From positions 1-15,014 of the forward strand of contig JBHLKM010000011.1 of assembly GCA_048886685.1 (NCBI GenBank): a stretch of 15,014 bases of DNA. The letters are read 5' to 3'. Below the pieces are notes generated by a model. That model saw only the letters and a list, made by a program, of their open reading frames with translations. It was not told the DNA's origin and searched no databases. The DNA is from Candidatus Hodarchaeota archaeon (GTDB lineage: Archaea > Asgardarchaeota > Lokiarchaeia > Sigyniarchaeales > SOKP01). Below, piece by piece: positions 14,396 through 15,014 of the stretch. How positions within the stretch are numbered: the stretch's first letter is position 1; every line of letters begins with the position of its first letter. The position numbers and the translations under genes are program-made.

Positions 14396-15014
14396 AGTGA
14401 CTGGAAAACCTATAGAGATAGGAGGATCAGTAGGTAGAAATTCAGCCACAGGAATGGGTTTATATTTTGTAATTGATACCATGTGTGAAAAACTAAATAT
14501 TAAATTAGAATCTCAAACCATTATTATTCAAGGCTTCGGTAACGTAGGGGGGTGGATTGCCAAGCTATTATATGACCGGGGTTGTAAAATATTAGCTGTT
14601 TCAGATATCTCTGGTGGCCTATATCATTCTGAAGGATTAGAAATCAATAAATTATTAGAATGGACACGGGAAGGAAATTATTTGAAAGATTATAAGGATG
14701 ATAGATATAAACTTATTACTAACTCTGAATTGTTAACAACAGAATGCGATATATTAATACCAGCAGCTCTTGAAAATCAAATTACAAAAGAAAATGCGAA
14801 TAATATTAATTGTAAAATTGTATTAGAAGGCGCTAATGGCCCTACTACACCTGAAGCAGATCAAATTCTATTTGATAAAGGGATACATGTAATTCCAGAT
14901 ATTCTTGCGAATGCTGGAGGTGTATGTGTCTCATATTTTGAATATGTCCAAGATATTCATGCCTATTTTTGGGATTTAGACAGAATTAATGAAGAGTTAA
15001 AAAGGATTATGATT
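13884..15014 (+). CDS. gdhA: Glutamate dehydrogenase, copy 2 (3'-truncated by the window end; absent from the ORF track)
   Basis: The frame reads IELNPFEVAKKQ...GPGKGGMRF...MTWKC...GGAKGG...PAPDVNT...GRNSATG...QGFGNVG...EGANGP...PDILANAGG...SYFEY to the edge. The proposed start is ATT 13884; the first ATG is at 13944. Confidence 0.93.
   Translation, partial: MIELNPFEVAKKQIDIVAEEMGLDPNVTKFLKRVERALIVSIPIIMDDGSLQIFEGYRVQHSTVRGPGKGGMRFAPNVNLNEVKALATWMTWKCSLLKLPLGGAKGGICVNPRELSRNELEKLTRRFTTEIINIIGPDIDVPAPDVNTNAQIMAWIMDTYSMNKGRSVPGVVTGKPIEIGGSVGRNSATGMGLYFVIDTMCEKLNIKLESQTIIIQGFGNVGGWIAKLLYDRGCKILAVSDISGGLYHSEGLEINKLLEWTREGNYLKDYKDDRYKLITNSELLTTECDILIPAALENQITKENANNINCKIVLEGANGPTTPEADQILFDKGIHVIPDILANAGGVCVSYFEYVQDIHAYFWDLDRINEELKRIMI

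Overview
AT-rich archaeal DNA whose gene set points to an Asgard archaeon, probably Lokiarchaeia (inferred from gene content, no search run). The left end (510-2796) holds a compact ubiquitin-like conjugation module: a Ubl already ending in Gly-Gly on the + strand, tail-to-tail with a minus-strand JAMM/Rpn11-like protease, E1 and HPN-type E2. There is no soluble RING E3 and no ESCRT gene in the window. Upstream on the same strand lie a degenerate small GTPase fused to a helical domain, a PLDc_N-type mini membrane protein, and a 6-7 TM protein with a C-terminal C4C4 RING-like finger, a candidate membrane-anchored E3. The rest encodes a membrane-anchored beta-rich protein, an orphan family-5 ABC substrate-binding protein, a secreted protein, AlaX, an SDS22-like LRR protein and two tandem glutamate dehydrogenases, the second truncated at the window end. 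Reading beyond the ORF track revealed three unannotated Cys4 microproteins, a conserved ~41-bp TTCGAA inverted-repeat element placed equivalently upstream of the Ubl and the secreted-protein gene, probable ATT start codons behind GGTGA Shine-Dalgarno motifs, a long GU-supported hairpin, and a 47-bp identical tract shared by the two gdh paralogs.
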